The notes: generated by a model not told the origin, from the letters alone. Counted from the first letter of the stretch, positions 14,101 to 25,800 are shown. The stretch: 64,000 bases of DNA from Marsupella aquatica (GCA_973895155.1 OZ316896.1:21573050-21637049); one strand, 5' to 3'. Made by a program: numbers and translations.

Positions 14101-14521
14101 TAGTGGTGGCAAACCCATTGCGCCAAGACATCATTGGGACAGCGGCAACAATGGCAGGGGCAGCAGCATCACGAGCAGCAACAACGAAGGAGGCCAAATA
14201 TGCTGCACGAGCTTCATCTGATAGCTTCTTGCCCCTTGCTCTTGAGATATTTGGGCGTCTCCATCATCAGTTCGACGGGCTTCTTCGCCAAGCTGCTCGG
14301 GATGTTCACGGCCGGATGGGTCCCACCGGCCCCCGCTATCTGTTTTGACCACGCACTTTCGCCAACGCATTTCAGTCACCTTACAGCGTGCTCAAGCTCG
14401 GGCCGTCTATCGTCGATCTCTGACAGTGGGTGCTAGTGTGACTCCGTAGCGGCTAGCCCCCCTAGAGGACATTCCTGTCCCACTTGCCGATCTAGTTTCG
14501 ACACTTGATGTAGACCACTAG
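11130..14521 (+). pseudogene. Disrupted retrotransposon polyprotein (~1130 aa reconstructed)
   Basis: ATG 11130, Pro-rich leader, CPEC-x9-H...C zinc finger (11456-11515). RT motifs: GVRPIAFGE, LSPHQFAVG, DVSNAFNTVSR, QGDPLGGPLF, LSDD, LRVLG. Then CSCG..HLLRC, HDTV, RVDL, ADV, ALEIFG and FRQRISVTLQRAQA. Lesions: frameshift ~11400 (C run), TAG 12089-91, frameshift ~13555, frameshift ~14332 (C run), TAG 14447-49. Confidence 0.9.
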
Positions 14522-14584
14522 CTTGTTGCCACATTTGCTAGGTATGATGAGGACCTCGGTCCATTTGCGGTAGTTTTAGTTACT

Positions 14585-14672
14585 CTTTCTTGGTTTTTAG
14601 GGGTTTCTTTTTGCTCACTTCTTTTAGTTCCTCTTTCTTGGTTTTTAGGGTTTCCTTTTGCTCACTTCTTTT
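14585..14672 (+). repeat. ~48-bp tandem duplication carrying TTTAGGG
   Basis: TTCTTGGTTTTTAGGG(G)TTTC.TTTTGCTCACTTCTTTT occurs twice in the retroelement 3' UTR. Confidence 0.85.
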
Positions 14673-16223
14673 GCGTTTGGTTTTGTCCACTTGGGACCTC
14701 TCTTGTTTATTCTTTTGTACTCTATTTGGCCTTTTTCTGTATAAAGTATGTGTATATTTTAATCTTTGGAACTCTTTTTCTTTCCTTTCATTGTACTTTG
14801 TTTTTCCCTGATTTATAAATTCTGATGCGCTTTTGTTTCTTAGCTTGATGCAGGGGAATTTGATAACAAAGTTAGTTCCACTGTAACTATGCTATAGCAT
14901 ATAGCTGGAGTGGACATCAGACAAGACAAGTACGTGGGCCCTTTCGTCTATCTCACTGTCTGCTGAATTAAGCACCAGACTCTATTTCAGACTGTCCATA
15001 AAGTCTCCCCAGCATAGTAGATTATTGCAATGAGCCAAAAAGGTACTCCAAGAGACCAACTGTAGCAGAGGAAAAGAGTGTGATCCCAGCTGGATACCCG
15101 TTGTAAAAGGAAAAATATTTAGATCAGCATTATCCTGTTCACGCTTTGGGAGGTTATGGTAAAGACCAACAAGATACTCCAAGAAACTTACTGTAACAGC
15201 GAGCGAGAGAGAGTGTGAACCAAGCTGGATACCATACCTGTTTAAAAAGAAAGACAAAAATAAGCAGTTGGAGAGTCTACAAGGTTTGACGCTTTTATGC
15301 TCATAAGCCCAAACCCTCACCATCTTGAAAGGGACAATTTCAAATACAATCAATTTGTCCAAACGGAATTCAGCTGTTTGGTATTTTTTAAAGTGTCCTC
15401 TTGGAACTGGTTTGCTTTCCCTTCTCTGTACTTTGTTTGTTCATTTTTGTATAAGTTATGTCTGGTTTTCAAAATAAAAACTCAGCTGTTATGATAAATA
15501 GTGATGTCAAGACCACCAAGGTAGTGGCCCCAAGCAAGCCTCAAAGTATAAGGGGCCCGCATCCTTTGCAGATTTCAGGGTTTGAATTTGATGGGATGTC
15601 ACCACCCTGGCCATGCTTTGCATCTCGCCGCCGGGCTAGCTACTAGTGGAAAAGCTGGCAGTCCAAAACAGCACTTAAACCCATTTTAACAAACTAGAAA
15701 GAGAATAGTATTTCATGGCATTTTGTTATTAGAAAGGGGAAGAGGCCTTTGAAAAGCTGTGGAACTACAGTCTACAGTAATTAGTTTATGTAAGTAAAAT
15801 TTAGTATCACCAAAAATTAGTAAGACATACTAATTATTGTGTGAGCCATTATTTTCGTGCAAGTGATACTATTTACTCTCATCTCACCCCCAGTTTAATA
15901 TTTAAAAAATAAAACCAACATTTAAGTAACACACTAGGCAAGAACATTTTGTGCCAAGAGACCTGGAGTGTACCCTGGCCAATTTTGGTGCACTCCCTAT
16001 GAGATCCATTGTAAACTATTCAGCCTTTACTTAGTGTTCTTTGTTTGGCTGGTGAGACCTATGGAAGAGTGAGAGATGGCAGAATTTGCTTTACCCATTG
16101 TGTTTGGTTTTGTTGGAATAAGAGAAGGAGAAGCATTGCGTGAGAATGCTACTGCATGCTGCCCCTGGTAAATAATGTGTTCCATCACATGTTCTTGCTC
16201 CTTCCTTTTCCTTTATTGCATAC

Positions 16224-16360
16224 ATGTCTTGTTGTGCATTGCTCAATCCAGGCAAACATTGGTTTCTTAGATTGGCAAGTGACTCAAGAGCTGAGGTGAA
16301 CAGTTTAGTTGACAAACATGGGATGTTTTATGCACGAAAGTCAATAATTCAAACTAGTTA
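16224..16360 (+). mobile_element. Possible DNA-transposon-associated protein remnant
   Basis: LNPGKHWFLRLASDSRAEVNSLVDKHGMFYARKSII resembles, from memory, the C-terminal WFL...N..G..YARKAMI motif of repetitive bryophyte transposase-like proteins. Short and unverified. Confidence 0.3.
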
Positions 16361-17106
16361 TATTTTCCTCTCTGAATTTTTGTGTGGTCCAAGGATTAGC
16401 TTACACCTGAGTGGAAAAATAGCATACATAAACATAGATAGAACTTTCATGGGCGTAGGGTTGGACTTCATGTTGATGTTCCAGCAGCAACTCCAGTTGG
16501 AGCTGCAAGAGAACTTGGAGCTTCATCTTCAGATGATGCTGAACCAAGTGCAGAGCCAAAGCAGCCCATTTCTATTGGAGCAGTACTATGTTTAGCAAGA
16601 ATTAGACATAAGGACAGGTTGCAAGAGGTTAAGTGTTGACGGTGGTCCTATTATTCCTAAGAATGATACTTATGATCAAAAAATCCAATATACCTTGTAC
16701 TTTGCTTCCCAGTAAAGCATGTCAATCCTATCCACTGTCTGAGCCTAATGTGACCCGGTATTCTTTGATATCAATATGTCAATCTAATTGTCTTCAGTTG
16801 TTGAAGTGGCTAAAGGAAATGTATTGAATGAGACAAAGATTGCAAACTCCATAAAATTATAACGAAAAATTTGTGTGTAAGAAAAATACGTGAGAGCATC
16901 TGATGGGTGGCTGTAATTGGTATCACTATAGTATCAAACCCTCTATTTACATGCACTGCCTAAAATTTCTGGCCAGGGAAATTAGATTGTGTGAGAATAA
17001 CTACTGTACAGAGTGTAGCTTGCAGGCAGAAAGAAACCTGGTATCTGAGAACAAATAACATTCCATAATAGTTTGATGTGGGATTTGGCAAAAGGTCTGA
17101 TCATCT

Positions 17107-17284
17107 GAGGTATTTGCTTGATCGACCCCCAAAATGAAACTTGTTACTTGATCGACCCCCTGAGGTCTATGAACGGCCCAGATCTGAGATCGAAAGGTCC
17201 ATCAACAGTCCAGATTGGGGAAAAGTATTGAGGGGTTTGATTAAGCAAACTTTTCCAGAAGGGGGTCTACTAAGCATATCCCTC
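17107..17284. mobile_element. Mutator-type MITE (178 bp)
   Basis: TIRs GAGGTATTTGCTTGATCGACCCCC / GGGGGTCTACTAAGCATATCCCTC with internal subrepeats. 10-bp TSD CTGATCATCT (17097-17106) / CTGAGCATCT (17285-17294), 9/10 identical. Confidence 0.75.
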
Positions 17285-18305
17285 CTGAGCATCTTGATGC
17301 TAAACATTGCAGTCTAAGCAGGTTTTCCTCTTGAATTTTTCATTTCCAGATTCTTTTAATCTGTAAGTGAGAGGGACTTGTTGTTTTCTTTCTGGCAGGC
17401 AAATGAGATATTAAGCTAGAGATCCAATTGTGTCCTTGGAGTAAAGTTTGGGACCAATGCCTCTGTTTAAAAACCAAAAACTCAAAGCTCATAATTAAAG
17501 CTAGAGACAGGCAGATGAGATATTCTTCTTGGAGATTCATCGCCTCTCCTTGGACTAGTTCTATAGCTCTGTCCAAAACAGAACAACTGGAAAAATCACA
17601 TTAGGTTACTTCTCGAGGTAAACTTCTCATTCTTTTTGCCTTGAAAAACTTCAATGAATTTCATTCAAAAAGTCAGCATACAACTAGGGTGGCCCACAAA
17701 GGGGGTCAGCACCCAGGGGGACCAAAGGTCAAAAGCCAAGAGAACCGGGGAGGCCGGTGCCAGGAGAGGAGCAAACTTCACAAGGAAGGAGCTAAACAAG
17801 ATGACTTAACTACTGCAGAAGGAGTGGCAGAGCTCCAAGAGACCGGCCAGCTGACAGGTGCCGGCGGGGCATTGAACAATGGGTCCATGATAGAGAAACT
17901 ATTGGTCTGGCCTGCAGTGCAGCTTCAACTCTTGAAGACCAAAAATCACTCAAGGGGGTCATGGAGGGACCGGTGGGATCTGTAAGATACTTTTGTGAGT
18001 CTCCCACAGTCCAGCCCAAGACCCATAGTTGAATGACATGTAATTAAGGGCTTCACCATATGAAGATTTACCAGCCCGAATCTTGGAACACTGTTTGGCC
18101 CAGTCCCTACATAAGTAAATCCCCAGTAGGTGCCAAACTTCTCATTCTTGACAACAAAATGGAAGGTATTTTTGACAAATCTATTTAGAAAGAAATTGTA
18201 ACTTAGAAGCTGCCTTGATGGACACAAAAGTTGGAGAAGGCTCTTTGAAAATGGGAGCCAAAGTTTGAAAATGTTTGAACCACATCCTGAGCAACATTAT
18301 AATAA

Positions 18306-18815
18306 CAGTCTACCATGTCTAATGCAGGCTCCCCGGAAGACCCCAAGCCTGCACTTATCCCCGTTATGCACCATGACATAAGTGCATCAGGTGTCATTTA
18401 TGCACTTCTCCACATGTGCATGTTGCACTTTCCAATAAGTGTATGTGAAATCAGTTATGCACTGCAGCAAGTGTCTTGTCAGGTCATACACATTGGACAC
18501 CTCATATTGCACAACTTAACTGGATAAGTGCATGAAACTACCATGTGTAATTGTCCATTGCACTAACAATAAATGCTTCTGGTATATGTCAGGTTGCACT
18601 AATTGATTAATGCATGTGCACTTTTATAGCACGTTTATAGACAGTTATTGAAAATACAAGCAGATGTCACTTTTACAGTCAGTTAGTGACATCTGCTTGT
18701 ATTTTTTTGGTGCATTCACAAAAAAAATGTAGAAATATTAGGGACTGCCCTGCAGTTACCCACGGAATACCCACGGAATGCACTTATACTAGCTACACTT
18801 ATGCATGGTAGATTG
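18306..18815. mobile_element. Non-autonomous TIR element / MITE (possibly PIF-Harbinger type)
   Basis: TIRs CAGTCTACCATG / CATGGTAGATTG, TAA on both flanks, many ATAAGTGCA/GCACTTAT subrepeats. A related inverted segment lies at ~9563-9720. Confidence 0.6.
18651..18705. repeat. Perfect 21-bp inverted repeat (hairpin)
   Basis: AAAATACAAGCAGATGTCACT (18651-18671) pairs exactly with 18685-18705; 13-nt loop. Confidence 0.95.
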
Positions 18816-19210
18816 TAAACTCTTGACGTCGGCATTCAATTGGGCCCACTGCTGCAGTTCCCTGCTCTCTGGAATATCCTCAGACCAATCAATATGCAAG
18901 GACAGTTTTTCGATATTCTCTTACTGAACAGTGAATATTGCATATTTCGCACTACTTTCTGGCGAGCCGTAGATCTCAACCAGATGTTTCACATGGGCCG
19001 TAGATGTCAGGATTCGGTAGGCAGTACCGAGGTAGGGAGCCCCGCGGGCGCAAACGCGAGTTTCTTGATTTCGGACTGTGGCCTCCGGGTGACTTATGCG
19101 CGGGGCTGCGGCCCGTTTTGTCGTTATTGAACAACAAAGCGATTCAACGGCCAGCCGTTGAAAACTTTGGGAGTCCCCAAAACGGAAATGGGGGACGGGA
19201 CGGGACTGGA

Positions 19211-19259
19211 CGCAACGCCACGGGACACAACGCCACGGGACACAACGCAACGCCACGCC
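19211..19259 (+). repeat. GC-rich 15-bp tandem repeat upstream of the DWF1-like gene
   Basis: CAACGCCACGGGACA x2 plus partial copies, ~200 bp before the ATG. Confidence 0.8.
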
Positions 19260-19435
19260 AAGAAGGAGAAAGGAGCACAGCCGAGGCCGAGGGAGAGGAG
19301 TAATCCCGTCCATGAAAGTATCGCCATCTCTGGCGCTCGAGGGGGGGAGGGGGGGATGCCTCTGATTGCTGCTTGAAATACAAATCGTTCGTGCAAAATG
19401 ACAGCATTCTCGCTGTAATCGGTCGACGTAACGTG

Positions 19436-21121
19436 ATGGCGGCGAAGGCAAATGAGGGTGCTGCCAAGACCTGGTCCTCGAGACCCAAGAGGCCGGCGTC
19501 GTTCGCCGACTTCATCGTCCAATTCCGATGGATGGTCGCCATTCCCGTCGTGCTTCCGATCTCGTTTCTCTACTACCAGTGGAAGCACTGGCAGCCCATT
19601 TTGAAGCGATTGATACACGGGCCCGCGACGGAGAAGACGCACCAGAGCGCTGTGAGGAAGGTGCAGGAGCAGATCAAGTCTCGGAGGCCTGGCGTCGACG
19701 GGCTGATTTGCACTGCTCGCCCGCCATGGCTGGGCATCTCGCTGCGCAACAGCGAGCACAAGCGCGCGACAAGGTTCGAGGTCGAGCTGGGCCACCTCGA
19801 CTCTGTGATCTGGATCGACGTCGAGCGCAAGCTCATGAAGGCGGAGCCCATGATTGTCATGTCCCAGGTCAGCTCCACCACTCTGCCGCTCGGGTTGGCT
19901 CCCGCCGTGCTTCCGGAGCTGGACGACCTCACCGTGGGAGGAGTTATCAATGGGTATGGGATCGAGGGGAGCAGCCACATCTACGGGCTGTTCGCGGAGA
20001 CATGCACGGCGTTCGAGATTGTGCTGGGGGACGGGCGGATGGTGCGAGCCACTGCTGATAATGAGCACGCCGACCTCTTCCGAGCCATCCCTTGGTCGCA
20101 TGGATCGCTGGGGCTGCTCGTGGGAGTCGAGTTCAAGCTGATTTCGGTGAAGGAGTTTATGAAAGTCACATACACACCCGTCAAGGGCAGCTTGAAGGAC
20201 ATTGCGCAGGTGTACACGGACTTGTTCTGCCCCAGGGATCTGGATCAGGATAATCCAGCGAAGGTGCCTGATTTCGTGGAAGGCATTATTTACTCGGAGA
20301 ATCGGGCCGTCATTACGACGGGACGATATGCGAGTTCGGAAGAGGCTCATCGAAAGGGGAATAAGATCAATGCGCTCGGGTGGTGGTTCAAGCCGTGGTT
20401 CCACATTCACACGGAGACAGCCTTGGAAAAAGGGGAGTTTGTGGAATATGTGCCCATTCGGCAGTACTATCATCGGCACACACGCTCTCTGTACTGGGAA
20501 GGGGGGCTGATTGTGCCCATGGGGAATCATCCTCTCTTCCGGTTGTGCCTCGGGTGGCTGATGCCGCCGAAGGTGAGCATATTGAAACTGACTCAAAATG
20601 ACGCCATTCGGAGGTACTATATCCAGCGCCATGCCTGTCAGGACCTGCTTGTCCCACAGCACAAGGTGGCGGAGAGTCTGGAGTTCTGCCACGAGAATTT
20701 TGAGACCTATCCGGTGTGGCTTTGCCCACACCGGCTCTTCAAAATGGGGAATGGGACTATGCTCGATTGTGAGCCTGGTTATGAGAATAACATGCAGCCC
20801 GGTGATACGGACTATGCTCAAATGTGGACCGACGTGGGAATTTGGGGTGTGCCTGGGCCTGTTCTCCGAGAGGAAGTATGGGATGGAAACGAGGCGACCA
20901 GGAATATGGAGGTGTGGCTTCGAAAGAACAATTCATACCAATGCTTGTACGCAGTCGTTGAGCAGACGGAAGAAGAATTCTGGCAAATGTTCGATCCGAC
21001 TCTGTACACTGAGGTCAGAAAGAAGTATGGTGCAGAAGGGGCTTTCATGTCTGTGTTCTACAAAATCTCCAACACCAAGAAGCGGAAAAATCCCGCTCAA
21101 GCGAGCAAGAAGAACCTCTAA
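19436..21121 (+). CDS. DWF1: Delta(24)-sterol reductase (DWARF1/DIMINUTO, DHCR24 family), 561 aa, intronless
   Basis: First ATG of the open frame at 19436. FAD-binding motif ELDDLTVGGVINGYGIEGSSHIYGLF, plus AIPWSHGSLG, WWFKPWF, YYHRHTRSLYWEG, GWLMPPKVS, YPVWLCPH, RKKYGAEGAF and an N-terminal hydrophobic segment. Confidence 0.96.
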   Translation: MAAKANEGAAKTWSSRPKRPASFADFIVQFRWMVAIPVVLPISFLYYQWKHWQPILKRLIHGPATEKTHQSAVRKVQEQIKSRRPGVDGLICTARPPWLGISLRNSEHKRATRFEVELGHLDSVIWIDVERKLMKAEPMIVMSQVSSTTLPLGLAPAVLPELDDLTVGGVINGYGIEGSSHIYGLFAETCTAFEIVLGDGRMVRATADNEHADLFRAIPWSHGSLGLLVGVEFKLISVKEFMKVTYTPVKGSLKDIAQVYTDLFCPRDLDQDNPAKVPDFVEGIIYSENRAVITTGRYASSEEAHRKGNKINALGWWFKPWFHIHTETALEKGEFVEYVPIRQYYHRHTRSLYWEGGLIVPMGNHPLFRLCLGWLMPPKVSILKLTQNDAIRRYYIQRHACQDLLVPQHKVAESLEFCHENFETYPVWLCPHRLFKMGNGTMLDCEPGYENNMQPGDTDYAQMWTDVGIWGVPGPVLREEVWDGNEATRNMEVWLRKNNSYQCLYAVVEQTEEEFWQMFDPTLYTEVRKKYGAEGAFMSVFYKISNTKKRKNPAQASKKNL

Positions 21122-21872
21122 GCTATATCCCTGCAATAGCTCTTGCATGTTTCGAAATTTCATCCTAATGCTCATTCACTCTAGCAGACAACAAAGACCT
21201 TCAACCTCTAAAGTTCAATCAGGTTGTCAAACGACAAGCCAAGGCAAGCATGTACACCCACAAAACATGTTTCTCTTCGTTTGTGCACATTCTTGGGAGG
21301 CATGATCCTCCGATATTTGTTCAGATGTAGATTTGTTAATGATGAAAATTGGAGTTCTACTCGGTTCTCAGCATCCGAACCAGTCCTTCTTGCACAGACT
21401 CTCCGGTCTGGCGATGTGTGAATTATTGAATTTCATTGAACTCGGGTTCTCAGCATCCTGCCCATTCCTTTTCGAACTCTCCTGTCTAGCTCGTCAGTAT
21501 CCTCCCTAATTCGAATCTGCAAATGCAGTTCCACTCTCTGGAGGTTCTGAGTAGTGCGTTCTCAGCGAGTTGAGCAGAATGTAATTATCTAGGCCGGGTG
21601 TGAGCTTAGCTGTCGTCGAAGACGAGCTTCAAGATAACTGCACCTGACAGTGAGAAACAGCAGTCGTGCGGACCAAACGATGGATCCCAAACCTTCGAAT
21701 CTTGATATTCAGCTTTTGGAACCTTGTTTGATATAATTACACAGTTATTCTCTCTCGCCGAGATATTCTTGACGCACATGAACATTTCTGTCGAATTATG
21801 CGTTACTGAAAAAGGAGGGTGTGGTCCCTTTCTTAGGGGATCAGCGAACCTAGAATACGAGGAAGAATTGTC

Positions 21873-22800
21873 TTTTTCTTTCCCTTTTTTGAATACGTGA
21901 TGTAGCCATGCACTTTACCACGCCCACCAAAGAATGGAGCATACGGCATGCAACCGTACAAAATGTAGTCGTCCCCTGTACTCCACTATTCCACTTCTAG
22001 TGTCGCGCGTTCCCAAATCTTGGCCTGAGCACTAACTCCAAAGTCTGAAAGCGACCACAGCAAAAGGAGTGGCTCGATGACCGTGCTGCTGACCTGAGAT
22101 GCGGACTACTGTACTCGTGCTTCTGGTCGTTCTGACTACTTTTGACGATACCGTTTGTTTTCGCTTTGTTAGGATCGGATATTGTGCTTTGCTGGTAGTT
22201 ACTGCTACTCTTCTTCAGCCTTACTCTGCATTTGGAATCACTGGAATCCTGGGCGGATGATGCGTCTGCCCTGTCCTTCTCTGGGCCTGTTCTCCGGCTG
22301 GTTGGGAGCCCACTTTCGTTCCTCGGTTTCGATTACTGGGTCAGTAAATTAACCGTTCGAAGAAAGAAGGGCTGATTAGACAGCATGCTGCACGCCACAC
22401 GAATTCGCGAACAGCGCAGTATTACTCTGTTCCGAGCTACGAGATTGTCGAAAGAATGATGAACAGATCTTAGGATATGTGGCCAAGAAAACGGAGAAGA
22501 TTTCATGCAGCTAAGTAAAATGCATTCGCTGTTCACGTGACCCAACGCCACAATCGTTCAGTTGGAAGGGTTCTACTTGGCCCGTGAGGTGGTAGATGTA
22601 TAGATACTCCGAGTCACAACATGCAGATTGGAATCCGCAATTTGAAGGATTCCAATTTGGCTCTCACGCTGTAGATGTGAATATAGCTCGATGTTGCTTA
22701 ATGATAGCTTTTTGCAGGCCCATCCCATAGTTTCCAATCCTCATCGGAGTGGCCTCTTTGCTCAAGATGTCTAATAACCCCTTGGCCAGGGCGACAGCTC
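21873..22800 (-). mobile_element. Degraded 5'-truncated L1-like LINE 3' end
   Basis: Decayed zf-RVT-like text on the minus strand (WKLWDGPA, Cys/His remnants, ARNRVI), then a purine-rich tail and a poly(A) remnant (T-run 21873-21890). Confidence 0.45.
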
Positions 22801-25800
22801 TAACTACTGTCTTCCTGATTTGAGCGATGATTGGTACAGTACATTACTCGCATGGACATGTAGGTGATCTCATCAAGATCGCCACATTAACCATTGGTTT
22901 CGTAAATTCTGTCACGAAAGTGTCCATGCTGATAATCTCATCAAGATTGCTAGATTAAACATTAGTTTCTTCTATTACTAGCCCCGACTACCAAAGAAAC
23001 TTGAATTGCCGGGTGGACAATAAAATTTTCACCAAACATATTTTTTATTCATTTTTTTTGAAGGCTAAGGAAATGATAAAAAATATATCATGCATAATAT
23101 AATTTTTTTTTTCCTATACATATATGTTATGGTGGGGCTATGGAACTCATTATTTAATATAATAGAAATCATGATAAAAAACACATATGATCATCATTTG
23201 TCATACAATCATAGTCATGAGTTTTCATATTCACATGATGAACTATGGAATTTTTGTCCAGAAGTTTCACTTTAGAAACTAGGCCTCAACTCTAGCTTGT
23301 AATGACGCTTTACAAGTCAGATGTGAGATTTCTTATATTATGTGTTACTGGCATGTAAACTGTTATGGAGGTCCTTGCTATTCCAAAATGATATTTTTCT
23401 GGACAGAACTTACTTACTATAATGCATGCTAGAACCCTGATCCAAAAAAGCTCAAAAAGCTTTCCAGGCTGTTATCAATCCAGGCTGTTATTGATCAGCT
23501 TTTCTTCACTTTCTGGTCGCAGAGTTAGAAGGTAGTAACCCCAAACCAGACCTACATTATTATATACAATGAAGAGGTGCAGATTTTATTTGTAAGAAGG
23601 AGAAGTGTAAGTTGGCTTTGTCACAGCAAAACCTTTGGCCTACTCCTTGAAGCCCAGTTTATACTCTTATAATCATGTACACACGTTCCCAAACATCTTG
23701 ATCTCTCAATTCCAACCTGTTTGAAGGAAAGAAGAGACTGACTACTCGTCAGTCACAAGGGCCCCAAGGCACTTTTATCATTTCCACTACTAGCCTCTCT
23801 TATAGTCATTTCCATGACTAGCCTGGTAACCAATTCATACAAAGAGATGAAGACAAACAAATCCTTGAAAAAAAGAAATTTTATGCTATTTTCCCTTCAT
23901 TTTGTCCCACCCTCGTTTTCAGTTTTGTCTTTTTGATTGAGAGTTATCTGGTTTTTGTCCATGCTCACTTCTGTTCTTATTAATTGAGTTATGGTTTAGA
24001 GCCTGTTTCACTCTAGATCACAGCCCTGGAAAGTATCTTTGCATCACGTTTTATTAATAAGATGAGCTTTAAATCGTAATCCTTTTTGGTTTACTATATC
24101 AAGCACAAATTTAGCATCGAGCTCTACCATCAACAGTGCCTTGATTCAGAAGAAATCCATACTGGGTGATTCTATGTCATGCATGGTAGTCTCGACCAAT
24201 ATTGCATGGACTACCTACAGTAGTGATTCCCAAATTGGAGAATTCAATTACTCAATCTTTCAGTTAAATAATGCTGATAGTATATACTCTGGAGTCTAAT
24301 ACATGTTCCCTTGTCTTAGTTACTTTTTAACTTTAAAGATACATAAATTGCAAAGTCATAGTTCATCAAATCTCTTATAATGTCTTTAACTTTGTTAATC
24401 GTGTACAGGAGTTTAGAAATTATGTATTGTTTACACAAGCTAGTACCATAGGTACTGTTTTTTTAATTGGCAAAACAATTATAGTTAACTGTTATTGTCA
24501 GTGATAATTAATTGGCAAAATACCGCCAAATTCTTCCCTTCTCTATGTCCTGATGAAATTATACAAAGAAAAATGAAGGGAATAATTATTAACAACTCGT
24601 ATTTATGAGATATATCAGGTGGTCGCACATATTTTCCTTGATTAGTAGACCTTTGAGGCATTTTTCAGTTTGAACAACTCCCTCACAAAACACAAATTAA
24701 AATAAAATCACTGGGAGGTTTAGAGTCTTTCCCTCCTAGACTTTTAAGCCATGATTTGCCAGTTTGAACAACTCGCTCACAAAATACGTCAAATAAATCA
24801 TGGCTGCTTTTAAGTAGGGTGTTTCACTTGTAAACCTTTGGGGCATTTACTAGTTTGCACATTCAACTCCCTCACAATAGACAGAAATGAATACAGTGAC
24901 CTTTTGGATTTGGAGGACTCCCAATCATTTTTATTTAGGGTTTGGAGGGTGGGATGATGCTTTGACAATTCCAACAAGATTCTTAAAGGACTAGAAGTAA
25001 ATTTCTCTTCCAAAACTTTATATATTGTGACACATTGAGACTAAATGAATAGTTTGTGCCTTTATATTTTTTACTACCTGGCCGCCTTGCTGGATTTTTT
25101 ATCATGCAATTCATGCAGAAAAACCCTACCATGGTGACTCACTACTAATCATTCCAGGTATTCAATCAATGAACATACCAAATTATTGGCTAGCCCTAAA
25201 CTAAAGCTCCACAAAAGTGGAATCCGGGTAGTGAGTAAAGCTCAAATGATTTGTTAAACTTGCAACTCCAGATTTCTCCACCCTCCTTGCCCACCCTAAC
25301 CTTCCACCCATTTTCTCTCTTTCTCTGAATGTCCCCAAATCCTAGCTCACTTTAATTTTCCTTTTTCTTTAATTCCCTTTAATCTTTTTCATCTGATTTG
25401 TTTAATAAGGGTCATCAAATTTTTTGCAATATCAAATTTTCTTCAAATTTATATAGTAAGCAGGTCCCCAAAGCTAGGTAGCATCCTTGGGAGCCTCACT
25501 CCAAGTGGGGTTCCATATCATTTGTTGATCTAAGAAATCTAACAACATGCATCTTCTCTTGTGACCATATATTGTGCAATGTCTCACTGTCTTCTTTGTT
25601 AGCCAATGATGGATTGAATGTCCTTCAAAATTAACACTAGAGTTACTCGTTGTTGTTATTAAAGGAAACAAATGAATTATTTTCAAGAATTGATTTATTA
25701 TAATTCAAAAAATGCCTTTTGTAACCATTTTTTGTACGTACAGAAGTGATGTTATCCCAAGCGAGGAGCTGAGAATAGTGACAAATCTGACACATACTTT

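Larger units (their letters stand above)
10142..14837 (+). mobile_element. CRE-like non-LTR retrotransposon with restriction-like endonuclease (RLE), near full length
   Basis: A single disrupted ORF with zinc finger-RT-CCHC-RLE order, ~1 kb 5' region and T-rich 3' UTR. Boundaries are tentative, set by a candidate 9-bp TSD TCTTAGCTT (10133-10141 and 14838-14846). Confidence 0.85.

Noticed and set aside
16951-16961. 11-nt match to miR408 (ATGCACTGCCT)
   Set aside because: Too short and not in a hairpin; expected by chance.
17000-17295. Canonical TAS3 locus
   Set aside because: Only one miR390-like site; no 5' site and no tasiARF/tasiAP2 sequence seen.
19373-19435. N-terminal extension of DWF1 in the ORF track (582 aa)
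   Set aside because: It starts at TTG; the first ATG at 19436 gives a family-typical 561 aa.
19124-20821. 565-aa antisense ORF
   Set aside because: Shadow of the GC3-rich DWF1-like CDS on the opposite strand; no recognisable motifs.
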